Origin: Gnetum montanum
Taxonomy: Eukaryota; Plantae; Gnetophyta
Direction of reading: 5' to 3'
NCBI GenBank assembly: GCA_015680685.1
Contig: MNCI01002813.1
Span: 675,259-739,258, forward strand
DNA length: 64,000 bases
Shown: positions 27,793 through 40,779 of the stretch, piece after piece
Layout: each line of letters begins with the position of its first letter
Position numbering within the stretch: position 1 is the first letter of the stretch
Notes under the pieces: generated by a model
What the model was told of the DNA's origin: nothing
The model's database searches: none
The model's input: only the letters and a program-made list of their open reading frames with translations
Position numbers and translations under genes: made by a program

Positions 27793-30700
27793 TGATGTAG
27801 GGGTCACACCTCAATAGATCCCAATAGGATCCAATCCACAAATTTGAAGTAGATCTAGCTTAGAGAATAAGAAAAACCCAATAAAATGGAGAAAAACTTC
27901 CTTATTTAAAGGTAATTCTCAAAATACATATGAAATACCTCAAAGATGAAGAGCCAAGATCAGCTCACAACTCTCCCAAGGATCCTAGAGGCTGCATTTA
28001 TCCTTTCTTAATCATCAATTTCTTACAATGGAGCCTAAGCTCAAGGCAAGACACTTATAAGAGATTCTTCTAATCTCTCTCAAGTGCTCTTCCTTACCTC
28101 TCACTCAAGTTCCTTGCACAAGCTCTCCTCCCTTAACTCTTACAAGCTCTCTCCTGCTCATGGTCAAAGTTTTTCTCTTTCTTACACTAATAATGATGGA
28201 TTACATTAGTGTTTATAAGAAACTAGAAGGTGAAAATCCTAGAAATCTTTTCTGAACTCAAATTTAAGTTCTTCAAATGTTTTCTAAGTCTTCTCATCTT
28301 CTCTCCAATTGTTTCCATTATTCTTTGGCTATTTCTTGAATTGGAACGAGCATTTTAAGAAGTTTTCCCATGTGTCTAGGTCATCTCTAGCTTCATGTAG
28401 ACATCTCCTATGAAAGCCCTACTTTTAGAAGATACATCTACCATTTTTGGAGGACATCTTCTTTGGGCTGGAGACATCTTCACTTCAATAGAGATGCCTC
28501 TAGAAAGATATCTTTCTTTCTAGTATGACGTCTCTTTTGACAATGCCAAAAATAAAAGTATCATTTTGATGCTAGAAGCCTTCAGATGCCTCCCAACAAG
28601 TCCCCATAGCTATGTAACCTTAAAAAATCATCAAAATAATCCAAAAACACCTCCAAACATGTCAAAAAATCCAAGAATTATCCCCAAAAAATCAACTCAA
28701 AAAGATACATAACATGTAGGATAGAACAAGGGTATCAAAAGAGGCATCCCTACACCAACTCTCCCACCCTTAAAAATGTCATGCTTCATGACCTTTCACA
28801 AGCTGGAAGGCACCATGTACCCATGAATCAAGGCCATGACAATAATCATGACTCAATGCATTACAAACATGAGAATAAATATCATTGAAGGTTTTGGTTT
28901 TGAGCTTCCCTTACTCATGATGGCATGTCCTCATGCCTAACCATGCTTCTTTTATTTTTGTATCTCCTTGAAAGCCTAAACATGCTTCTTTTATTTTTGT
29001 ATCTCCTTGAAATGCTTTCCTTGCATTCCCATAATGACTCAAACCTACAAAAAATAAATAATAAGTAAAATAAAAATTATTAGGCTTTCTTAATCCAACA
29101 TCCTTTATTTGCTCCATTTTTCTCTTCTTTACCTTCGTCTTCTTAGTGTTTGGAAGACTACTACTTAGATTCCTTTCATTACCACCATGTAGATTGCCTT
29201 CATATTGCACTTCAATTTTATAACTAAGACAATCAACTCCATTAAGACACTTCATAAATTTATCATTACTATAATCAATAGCAAAAATCTCTAAATTTCT
29301 TCACTTACATCAATAATGACCTTCTCATAATGAATATCCCAATAGCTATCATCATCAAACAATTTACTATTATTAGTATTCCTTTCACTAACAATGGCAT
29401 CAAAATTTACAACATGACTCTTAGTCCAATCACAATCACTAAAATGATCATGATGCTCATCATTACCATTGAACAAACCACTACTAATTTGAAGTAAAAA
29501 ACTAGCACCCATTAAACTAGCCTCAACATGAGAGACATTACTACCATCAACAAGGTCAAGCTCACTCTTACTTACCTCTTCATGCCTTCTCCCATCCATA
29601 TTTGATTCAACTTGATCTTCAATATGTGGCTATCCAATCTCCTCAAATCTTGAAGGTTTAAGATCCCAAATAGGAGTTCCCAATTTTAATGGCTTCTCTT
29701 CTTTAAAGTAATCATCAATAAGCTCTTCATCCTACTTTTGAGGTACTGAATCAAAATTTAAACTCTCCTCCATGGCCATAACATCATATTCAACAAAAAA
29801 ATCATCAAAGCAATCATTCATCCACATAACTTGGCTAGACGGATTACCTCTCTCACATGAGATAGCCTTAACTTGACTAATAATATTCTTTCCATTCCCA
29901 CAAGGTATAGAACAATTGCAAAAACAATGAGTATCATATCTTCTAGTGCTACCCTTCATCCTCCTTGAAGAAGTCCCTTGATCTTTACCACTCTCTTGGT
30001 TTTAATCCTTTACCTCCCTTGAGTCATGAGGTAGGAACTCTCCTAGATTAGTAGCATATACCATCATGGAGTTTGAAGATCTCTTGGTCTCTTTTATGAA
30101 ACTCTTAATTCTCTCCCTTGAAACCTTTGAGTATTAAGCACTCCTTTTCTCAATAAGAGATACTTGAAAACTCTTTTTTTCATTAATTTATACTTCATCA
30201 AACCCTTTATCTTCCTTTCCTTCTTGATGGCTAGAAGAGATTCTATCAATTCTCCTCAAAATATTTTCCATTTTTTTCATGAATTTCTCCAAATTTATTT
30301 TTGATTTTTCTACAAAATCTTGATGCTTGTGGACTTTTACTTTGGGAAGAACTTCTTGCATTTCATCCACAAAAGCTTTAAAGAAGTTCTTAAACTTTTG
30401 AAGCTCTTTTCTAAGCTCTTGATATGTCTTAATCATTGGAGACATGCCTAAAGCAACACGAATGATATCCAAAAGAAAATACAAAAATATCCATAACAAT
30501 GTTTCTTTCATTCAAATAAAATACCAAGCTTCAACATAAGAGTGTGGAAACCTCTAAACCTTTACTCTAATACCAATATGGTGTAGGGAGTTTTGCACCT
30601 TGAGAGACCTCAATAGGATCCAATCCCTAAATTTCACGCAAATCTATCTTATAAAATAAGAACAACACAATAAAATGGAGAAAATCTCCCTTATTTTAAG

Positions 30701-31540
30701 ATAATTCTCAATATATATATATAGCACATCAAATATGAGGACCCAAGCTCAACTCATAACTCTCCTAAGGATCTTATAGGACACACTTGTACTTTCTTAA
30801 TCCTCAATTACTCATAATGGAGCCCAAGCTCAAGATAAGACACTTACAAAAGATTCTCCTAATCTCTCTCAAGTGCTCGTCCTTTCCTCTCACTCAACTT
30901 CCTTACACAAGCTCTCCTCCCTCAACTCTTACAAGCTTTCTCTCCTACTCATGGTCAAAGTTATGCTCCTTCTTACACCAACAATGGTGAATTACATCAA
31001 TATTTATAAGTAATCAGAAGGTAAAAATCCTAGAAATATTTCCTCAACTAAACTTGAAGTTCTTCAGATGTTCCTCAGCCTTCTCATCTTCTCCCCATCT
31101 ATTTTCATCTTGCTTTGGCTATTTCCTAAATTGGAATAGGTGTTTTTAGAAGTTTATCCATGTGTCTAGGTCATCTTTGGCTTCATGTAGACATCTCCTA
31201 TGAAAGCCCTACTCTAGAGAGAGATGTCTACTATTTTTAAAAGACATATTCTCTAGGTTGGAGACATGTTTACTTTAGGGGAGATGTCTTTAGAAAGACA
31301 TCTTTCTTTCTGGAAAGACGTCTATTCTGACAGTGCCAAAAATAAAAGTGCTCATTTTAACTCCAAATGCCTCCTAACAAGTTTCCATAGATTCTAGAAC
31401 CTCCTAAACTCATCAAATTAAGCCAAAAACACCTCCAAACATGTCAAAACATCCAAGAATCATCCCCAACCAAATCAACTCAAAATGATACATAACATGT
31501 AGGATAGAACAAGGGGATCAAAAGAGGTGTCCACACACCA
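27793..31540 (-). mobile_element. Complete non-autonomous LTR element (LARD/TRIM-like) with an orphan ORF (element D)
   Basis: LTRs at 27793-28757 and 30579-31540 with TG(A/G)TGTAGGG...CC(C/A)(T/C)ACACCA ends. TSD TCCAT at 27788-27792 and 31541-31545. Met-type PBS (ctctaatacca, ~30565-30575). PPT reverse complement TAAGGGTGGGAGAGT (~28758-28772). Confidence 0.92.
28911..30511 (-). pseudogene. Orphan ORF of element D (helical, Lys/Glu-rich N-terminus; acidic low-complexity body)
   Basis: The ORF pieces starting at 30511, 29959 and 29599 share one frame and are separated only by isolated stops. The piece at 29255 is frameshifted. No gag or pol motifs recognised. Confidence 0.6.
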
Positions 31541-32093
31541 TCCATTTATGGAGAAAATGTGATAATAGTATCCTTTTTTCTTTATTTTATTCATATATTA
31601 CTGAAATTATAGTATCCCTTCTTACTTGAGAATTTATCGGTTGATATGGCCTCATCATATTTTTGGTAACATAATATTCTTCTTGTGCATGACCAAGATT
31701 TGATTTAAGTAGAGCTACTTAAAGGATAGATAGTGTTGAAAAATTAAGTGATAAGATAATGTTACCTCATAATTCTTTTCATATAAAATATTCAAAAACA
31801 AATGAATGTAAAATTTGAATAATAAGAGTTAGCATAAGCATATGATATTCTAGTTTTCATCAATCTGCAATTTTTTTTCAATATAATTTTTGTCATTACT
31901 TTCATTAATGTTAATAACATTTGAAGATTTCACTTTATGTGTACAAGCCATTTTAAAGTCTGTTAATGCACAAGTGTATGTTTTTAAAACTTATTTTAAG
32001 TATGAAAGATTAGATTGATAATACTTAATACAACAAATAGTGTTAAAATTAACTAACTAGTAAGCTTTGACACATTCTCAACAATGGTGTCAA

Positions 32094-32950
32094 TGATGAA
32101 TATTACAGAATTCCAAAACTTAACCATATAAGTTACAAGTGTTTACACACAACTAGATTGTAATCCATTAATGGATAATGTAAGTATACTAGTGACTTGA
32201 CAATAAATTCAGGATCATTATCTTCTCACTATAGTGAGTGAAGTGAAAAATATATGATTTAACTCTTAGTAAGGTATATGATCAATTGATATTATTTCAG
32301 CTCTATTGTTTAGGATCTAAGTGTGCTAGTCATAAATATGGTAAAAATGATTATAAATTCTATCACTGAGTATAATAAAAATATAAAGCTATTCTATCCT
32401 ATTAGTGATAAGTACCCAATCTTGGCTTGCCATACATGTCCTAGGCTAATGTAATTATTATTGGGATTACCAAGTAACTTTACTATTAAGCATATCAAAC
32501 AAAGTTACTATTTGGTTATCTAATGACTACACTTTATCACATTACATACTTATTTTGCTATTATTAACAAATATGGTAATAGTAAATAACTTAGGAAATG
32601 TAAATGTCAAAGTAAAAGTAAATAACATTGAAAAGCAAATATATTCTGTGTAATGCTATAATGATGAAGAAAAATCTCAATCTTTATTGCTGGTCATGAA
32701 TTATATCTAAGAACAATCCACTTGAATAAATATCTCATATAATTGTAATTCATCATACTATGGGCATTCATAGCTAACTCTAAGTTCATAAATACAAATT
32801 ACAAGAAATTTACTAAGGATTAGAAAAAATGTATCCTTTGACATGATGGTGGGCTTGTTTTTATAGTCATCATCATGGCTTACTACATCATATCTATAAA
32901 ACTATATATTGAACTATGATCTCATAGTCAACAATATTTAAGTTCTTATC
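32094..32950 (-). mobile_element. Old Athila-like LTR with a decayed Asp-type PBS
   Basis: caacaatggtgtcaa|TGATGAA parallels ctggcaacgatgccaa|TGATGAG of element A. TTGGGATTACCAA motif at 32461. Inverted homology to 2483-3260. Confidence 0.6.
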
Positions 32951-34754
32951 AATATGAAAAATCAAGTTAATATCAACGATAAGAATGATTAAATAACAAT
33001 AAAAAACACAAAGAAGGAAGATGTTCCTATGTATATTTTTACTAGTACTAGAAAAATTATTAAGTATCATAGATAGATATATTATAAGGTAAATTCTTTC
33101 TTGTTTTACAAGAATACCATAAACTCAAAGATTAAAACTACTATTGACAAAAAGGTTATAGTTAATGATAATGATTCTTGACATAAGATTAATAACAAGT
33201 AATGGAGTGAAGATCTTCCACAAGTGCTTTCACTTTCCTAGTAAGGTGTTAGATACTAAAAAATAAATAATAATATTTTAAAATTTTAGAGTACATTAGA
33301 GCATGCAAGAAAAAGTCTAAGGATTTTGGGAATGTCCTTTAAGAACTTCATCCTTACATCTAATCCTAAACATCTTTCCCTCTAGAATAAGAAAAGGATC
33401 AAGCCTCATCCTTATTCAAAAGTATACTCATAGTTTTCACTTCTAACTAAAGAATTTCTTATAAAGAGAAAAAGACAACTTTCTATAAAGATAAAGGAGC
33501 ATATCATTTTGAAATAAAGAATAAATAGCAAAAAAATTTGAAACCTTCTTATCCTTAAACCTCCAAAATAAAAAAATTAATATTATAGAAAATAAATTAA
33601 TTATTTAGCTTTTAATAAGAACTATTTTGATTTAAGTTATAGTTGACAAATGACATCTTTAAAAATCTAGTATCTGACTCTTGAGTGGAGGTCATAGTTA
33701 TGCTTTGGCTACAAAAAGATAACTTCATATCTAACCTTACAAATAGAGTATAGAATAAGTGGTTGAAAATATTTCTAAATGCAAAGAAATAAGAAGAAAA
33801 AAAAGGCTAATCACCAAGAATAAATTTGTTAATGCTTGATTGAAAATTATTATAACTTCTGCATATTCATTTTCAAGCATGCAAAGTAATAAGATAAGAA
33901 AACACAAAAAAGAATAAGAATTACCTCTATAAAGAGTACATTGGGGAGAAACATTATCATATTTTTAAGATAGGTACTAATAGGAATACCTTGATGAACA
34001 AGATACCATAAAAATTACAAATTTTAGAAAATGTACGAGTTCTCTAAATATCTTTCATTTTTCTAATCCAAAATTGCTATAATAATTATATTTTCTAGAT
34101 CTTATTGAATTTTTTATGAATAAAAAATTTCTTTAAAATAATATTGTTACTTTTAAATCAAAAGTAAAAGAAAATCTTTCATTCATCATAAAAATCTTTG
34201 AAAAATCTCATACAAACTATTTTCAGATTTAAATAAATTTTTAAGATTAAAAATTAATTTTTAAAATTTCTTTCTAATCTTTCTATTAAAACTCTAGAGG
34301 CTCAAAGCTTCAATCTAAGTAATCCATCTATCATAAATATGTAGAAAAGAAACTATGATGATACCAAAATTCCTTCAAGTGGTAAACAATTTAGATGCTT
34401 TGGTATCCCAAGCTTCTTCATTAAAAGGAAACTACTACAGGTTGATTTGCTCAAGCATATCTTCTGAAACTATAATATGATTTTAATTCTAATATTTACT
34501 AATCTTGTATCATGTATTCTAATTTTTTTAAGAATTGAAGAATTAAGAATAGAAATGGCCAAGGAAAAAGAGGATATTGAAGAAAGTTGTTAGAAGATCA
34601 ATTGTTATCATTCATAGGCTTCCCTTACATAAGTCTATTTATTGAAACGAGCATCCAAACATCATATTTTTTAATGCACTTTCCAATTCATTTTTCTAGA
34701 AGAGAAATACCCTAGTTATAGCAATTAATGAGATCAAGTCCTCCATCTTTCTTA

Positions 34755-35005
34755 NNNNNNNNNNNNNNNNNNNNNNNNNNNNNNNNNNNNNNNNNNNNNN
34801 NNNNNNNNNNNNNNNNNNNNNNNNNNNNNNNNNNNNNNNNNNNNNNNNNNNNNNNNNNNNNNNNNNNNNNNNNNNNNNNNNNNNNNNNNNNNNNNNNNNN
34901 NNNNNNNNNNNNNNNNNNNNNNNNNNNNNNNNNNNNNNNNNNNNNNNNNNNNNNNNNNNNNNNNNNNNNNNNNNNNNNNNNNNNNNNNNNNNNNNNNNNN
35001 NNNNN
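34755..35005. other. Assembly gap (N run)
   Basis: 251 N. Confidence 1.
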
Positions 35006-35049
35006 ATTTAATACTTAAATTATCTAACTAATTAATTACTCTAATAAAT

Positions 35050-35650
35050 AACTACCCTAACATAGAGTATCCATTTTCACTTTTTGTAGACATCCTACAC
35101 TTATATGAATATTGATGGGTTACCAAGTGTCTACTACTGGGAATACCAAGCATTCAGTACTAAGATTACCAAGAGTTTGTATGTTATGCTTGAAGTAATC
35201 ATACTTACATGCTTATAAATAATAACATTAATTACTTAAGAATAGGAATGTAAATTGCATGTAAAGTAAAGTACTGAAGAGTAGAATTATGCTAATCTAA
35301 TTATTGTAATGGATATAGGAAATCTTTATTTTATTGTCATCTATGAAAATGTTTCCATGTACATGGACACTTAAATAAAATATCGTAAAATCTCTTAAAT
35401 CCACACTATGAGCACTCAGAGGGAAAATATTCCAACTTCCATAGGAAGAAACTACAAGAATTTGGGTAAGGCTATGACCAAAAAGGTACCATAAATGAGA
35501 GGGATATCTGTATTTATGTAGGAAATAATTGAATTAGTGTTAATGTACTTACATCAATGCATCATAGCATGTGTTGATAGGAATACATTGATGGGGATAC
35601 ATCAACAAGCATGCATTAACATAGCTTGTCTTATTGATGATTCACCATAC
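35050..35650 (-). mobile_element. Partial LTR of the same Athila-like LTR family
   Basis: Three GG(G/A)TTACCAAG-type motifs (35117-35175), gtatccatt and a downstream layout like LTRs 11841 and 32094. Confidence 0.5.
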
Positions 35651-37607
35651 CTCCACGATTAACTAAAAACTCACATTCAAGTGAACAAAATTAGGATGAA
35701 GTTTCTTATAAAATTCACAAAAGTATTGGAATTATTAAAATATTAACTAACTAATCAACTCTAAGTAAATCTAAATGTCATCTTGTACAGTTTTAAAAAA
35801 ATGAACACCTTTTTACAAAAAAATTGGATCAAGTTATGCTTATAAAATACAACAAGTTCTTGTTAGTGTTCTTGATCATTGCCTCTGACTTGAATATATC
35901 AAATATTATCATTTTTTTTGCATCAAAGATTGGCTCTTGAATCAAAAATGTCTTTAGTAGCTATGATTGGTTTCTAGTAATTTCATATGAAAAATCAAAG
36001 ATCTCTAAAAGTGGTTACCTAGATTCTAACAATCTTTCGAGCATCTTCTCATGTGGATAGTGCTCATCTAATCACTTCCTTCTCCTATAAATACATGGAT
36101 ATCTACCATAATAACAATGTCTTATACAAGACTAAAACCTCCACCACTATCTCTTCATCCTATGCTACATCACTAGGATTGTTGCCCATCCATCTTCCTT
36201 CAACATGACTGAGAAGACCATAGCATTTTTTAAAATCTAAGAAAATATTTATTTATGAATGAACATTGTAGCCTTCCTCATACTTGGATTGGGTCTTGTG
36301 GATGCCTAGTTCCTCTAAATAGAGAATATTAGGGCTATTTCACTATACAACCAACTAATGATCCTTATGATCTCATTTAGATGATTCATGGCTAGATGGT
36401 AAATGGATGACTTCCCACCACCTAGAGATTCTTGTTATTACTACAACTACTATTCCTAAAGTTTCTTGAGTTGTTTAGTAGCTACAAGCATATCTAATAT
36501 AAATTCTAGAGCTATAGGTGGTGGTGGTGATGGCTACCCCTCTTCTTATAGCTTTGCCAATAATTTATTCTATATTATTTTGTATCATGATGTGGCAAGA
36601 GCATGGTAGATCATGTTGTTTAAGTAGCAAGCTATCCCATTTCCCCTTCTATTTACATAATTTCCTGATCAAGCATGAGAAGGAGAGTTTCTTCCTACTC
36701 TTTTCATTTTCTTTGAAGCATTTTTCGATCTCCAAGAAGATGAACTATGCATGTCCTAGGAGAGAAGGATATCACTTTACTTGGACTCACCATTGGATTT
36801 ATGTGATAGGTTGTGATCTCGAAATAATCTTGATTGACCTTTCTAAGGACATTGTACTCCTTGTGGTCCACTCTGTAGCATCATTAGACCCATTCTTTCT
36901 TTGCCTTTTGTTTTTCATGCATTAATATTTCAATAACATTTGTCTCAGTATTGGAAAAATTGAGGGCTTTCACTATGGCATCAAATAAATAATATATAAT
37001 AATGATCTTACTTTTTACTTATGCATCTTCTTATTAGTTGTTTGAAAATAGGTATGTCTCCCCCATGTACCACTCTCTGTTATTAGAGAAAATGAGCCAT
37101 AAGCAAGATTCTTGTAGTTACATCCTAATCTCTTATGGCATCAATTATAAGAAATATCAAAAGTTCAACTCTTCTAGGATGTGAATTTGAACATCATTGA
37201 TCCTAATCCATTCTAAGAAAGCCTCTATGATGGTGACCCCCAAGTTAGGCCTTGCCCTATGAGCCTTGTTCTACCTAGATTGGCTTGTCTTTGTAGTGAG
37301 AATCTATCTAATAGATTCCACTTCTAATTCCTCTCAAAGAGGTCCAATAGCATGCATCACCTCAATTGCTTTCTCTTCAAGTTATTACTATTTTTATTAT
37401 TTTCCCCTTCCTTCTTAGGGTCACTTATCCCAAGGTTGAAATGATCCTTCTACTTGTGGTCCTTATTTAGGTGTCATCTATGATCACAAATGTAACCCAT
37501 AATTAGCTATTTAATTGATAATATTTAGTTATTTAATACCTTTCTTCATTAGATCTTAATATGTTAATTTATTAGGCATTAAGTGTTGATCATTTAATTG
37601 CTTGTGT

Positions 37608-38760
37608 TGGCGACCATTTGGGATGCGACCGCCAACGAGTGTCCTCGAACAGGATTTAGGTCCTTGCTGGTCTCTAGCAACACCAAGGCCTAGATACCTC
37701 CAAATAGACTTAGTAGTTAATGTGAGTATGTGTGTGTGTTGTTGCAATGTGCAGTTGNNNNNNNNNNNNNNNNNNNNNNNNNNNNNNNNNNNNNNNNNNN
37801 NNNNNNNNNNNNNNNNNNNNNNNNNNNNNNNNNNNNNNNNNNNNNNNNNNNNNNNNNNNNNNNNNNNNNNNNNNNNNNNNNNNNNNNNNNNNNNNNNNNN
37901 NNNNNNNNNNNNNNNNNNNNNNNNNNNNNNNNNNNNNNNNNNNNNNNNNNNNNNNNNNNNNNNNNNNNNNNNNNNNNNNNNNNNNNNNNNNNNNNNNNNN
38001 NNNNNNNNNNNNNNNNNNNNNNNNNNNNNNNNNNNNNNNNNNNNNNNNNNNNNNNNNNNNNNNNNNNNNNNNNNNNNNNNNNNNNNNNNNNNNNNNNNNN
38101 NNNNNNNNNNNNNNNNNNNNNNNNNNNNNNNNNNNNNNNNNNNNNNNNNNNNNNNNNNNNNNNNNNNNNNNNNNNNNNNNNNNNNNNNNNNNNNNNNNNN
38201 NNNNNNNNNNNNNNNNNNNNNNNNNNNNNNNNNNNNNNNNNNNNNNNNNNNNNNNNNNNNNNNNNNNNNNNNNNNNNNNNNNNNNNNNNNNNNNNNNNNN
38301 NNNNNNNNNNNNNNNNNNNNNNNNNNNNNNNNNNNNNNNNNNNNNNNNNNNNNNNNNNNNNNNNNNNNNNNNNNNNNNNNNNNNNNNNNNNNNNNNNNNN
38401 NNNNNNNNNNNNNNNNNNNNNNNNNNNNNTTTTCTTTAGCAAGTCATCTTACAAGCAATCTTTCACAATGTCTTCTTTACAATGCTCTTCCCAAGACCCA
38501 AAGTGTGTCTCCAAGTGAGAGCTAGTAGTCCCCAGTGTGTTTTTCTTCTTAATCCTAAAGCCCTTTTTATAGGGTTCAAAAGGTAGTTACATATTTCAAA
38601 ATATCTTAGCTAACTTCTCTCCCAAGTAAGGAAGTTATAACTTGCCCAACAAGTTAGGAGATCTTACTTGCCCAACAAGTTAGGAGATCTTACTTGCTCA
38701 ACAAGTTAGGAAGTTGTGACTTGTACAAAAGATTAGGAGAAAATCATGCTAATGTTGGCA
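37608..38760 (-). mobile_element. Younger solo LTR (or collapsed element) spanning an assembly gap
   Basis: TG...CA ends (TGGCGACC...GTTGGCA) flanked by TSD TGTGT (37603-37607 and 38761-38765). Minus-strand CCCTATAAAAAGGG TATA at ~38562-38575. Internal 26-bp tandem ACTTGCCCAACAAGTTAGGAGATCTT x3 at ~38640-38712. Confidence 0.7.
37758..38429. other. Assembly gap (N run)
   Basis: 672 N. Confidence 1.
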
Positions 38761-40779
38761 TGTGTATAGATTATAAATATTGTTTTTATAAGCTTATATA
38801 TAATAATTTTTAAAATAAATCCAAGATCCCTAATTTATTTTAATTTTTTATTTAAGATTTTAATTACTAAATGTTATTAAGCCCTAGTAATTCTCATGAA
38901 AGTAATCTAGCATTAGCTATAATTATCATGGATACTAACTAAAATTTATTTTCTCTTTTTCAATACAATATTGTCAAAGTATCTTTAACACTATGTATGT
39001 CTTAATTGATTAATTTTAATTTAATTTCTCTATGTTATAGTTTTGGATTTTTAAACAATCGATAACAACACTTTCCATTGTGAAACTGAAGGCATCATTG
39101 ATGCAGAGCTTACGATGGTTCTGTCATCTATTTTTCCACCCCTTCTTCCTTGATTTTCTCATATAAAACAAGTGGTTGCAGCTACATTTGACATCTGGAA
39201 CAATGCCATCTCCATTTTTCTAACTACACCAAAACCATAGGTGTCAGCAATGGCATTGGCTCTAGCTTGTTTTAACCGAAGAAGGTAATGTGTTAATGTT
39301 GCCTTCATCTTCATGGGAAAACATTTAACGTAGTTCCAACATCCACTAGAAAAGTAACTGTAACGGTGCAGGTCTCTCTGGTTAACCATATAACCAACAA
39401 CAACGCCACTAGATGTAGACACAGTGTTTCTTTCATGTCCTCAATGGGATACTGTTTCTTTGTAGTTGTCATTTGTTCAATTCAGGAACTGTAACTTTCC
39501 AATTGCTACCAACTCTTGCAACTCCTTGTGATGATTTGGCTACCTCTTTCTTTTGTTGTGTTGGTCTTAGGCTTTCTGTTCTTACTTAGATTTATCATTG
39601 GTTAATGAGCACAATTGCAACTTCAAATGATTTTTGAAATGCCTTACTACTAAATCGTGTTCCACTTTGGCTCATTCCATCGATGTAGGGCTTCAGAGAA
39701 ACTCTGTGAGCCCACATTTCATGAGAGTTACTGAGCTTTCGATTTTTTCGATGATGATTTCTTACAATATGCCTTTACCTTTGTCTGGCTGAGACTATTT
39801 TTTGGATTGTTTACAGAAGAAAATACACTTGATCTTGAGAAGTGTATCTTTCTATTCTATGCATACGCTTTTGGTGTCATCTGTTGCCTCGCCCATGCAT
39901 ACATTTAGTTTCTGGCTCTTCCCCCTTTTTTTTGTAGCAGACATAACCATGAATATTGAACAATTCAAGCATAAGGATAAAATATTTCCAAGATTTAGCA
40001 CACCATTGAACACAAACCATTACTCGATCGTCTTCCAGAACTCCTGCAGCCCAAACTTGTGATCACAAGCATCGGCGTTTCAGCTAGCAGTTTGATCAGC
40101 TCACCGTGATCGATACGAATAGAAAAAAGGGCATGTCTTCTTTATTCATGGTTGATCTTTTCCAACATCTCCAAAACTTTAAATATTATATATTACTTTA
40201 AAATATATTCTACTCAGTCTTGCCACGTTTCAGTCCATCGAATGCCCCTTTCATATTGTAAACTTTTAATCTCCACTATTGGCCTTTGGATCGATGTTTT
40301 CTACATATTTTATCTGTGGGTTAACCTTGAATCGTGCCTTGTTTTGTAATATAGTGCTTTGTACATGCCATTGTCTTTATATAACCATGATTCCTCATAA
40401 ATAATTTAGCACTTTAATTTTGTATCCTGAGAAGGTCTTAACATCATTTTTTTAAACAGTGAGTAACTTCTCCAAACCATCCATAAACCTGTAACTTTAA
40501 AGCCACATGCTTTATTTCTAAATTATCAACCATACATCATTCTACAAGTTGTCTTTTCCCACTATCCACTCTTGCTATCCCATGAAATGGCCAAATGTGC
40601 CAACAACTTGTTTATGATCACAGGCTAGGTGTATTATTTTAATATTATTCTATTCCTAATTATCAAAGCTTGTTTATTACTCTTAAATATTCATGGTAAT
40701 TAATTTAATATTATTTTAAAGGATTAAGCATGGAGAGCTAGAAAAATTTCAAAATATTGTTTGTCAAAAAACCAATTAT

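Noticed and set aside
28942-29013. 39-bp tandem duplication (FQGDTKIKEA x2)
   Set aside because: Real, but a simple local duplication with no evident function.
33000-34750. Possible plus-strand gag remnant
   Set aside because: Too eroded, and no diagnostic motif could be read.
35900-37500. Possible minus-strand gag remnant with a decayed PBS near 37480
   Set aside because: Only suggestive fragments were found, so it could not be assigned.
34728-38525. Long ORFs in the track containing X runs
   Set aside because: They are artefacts of the N gaps.
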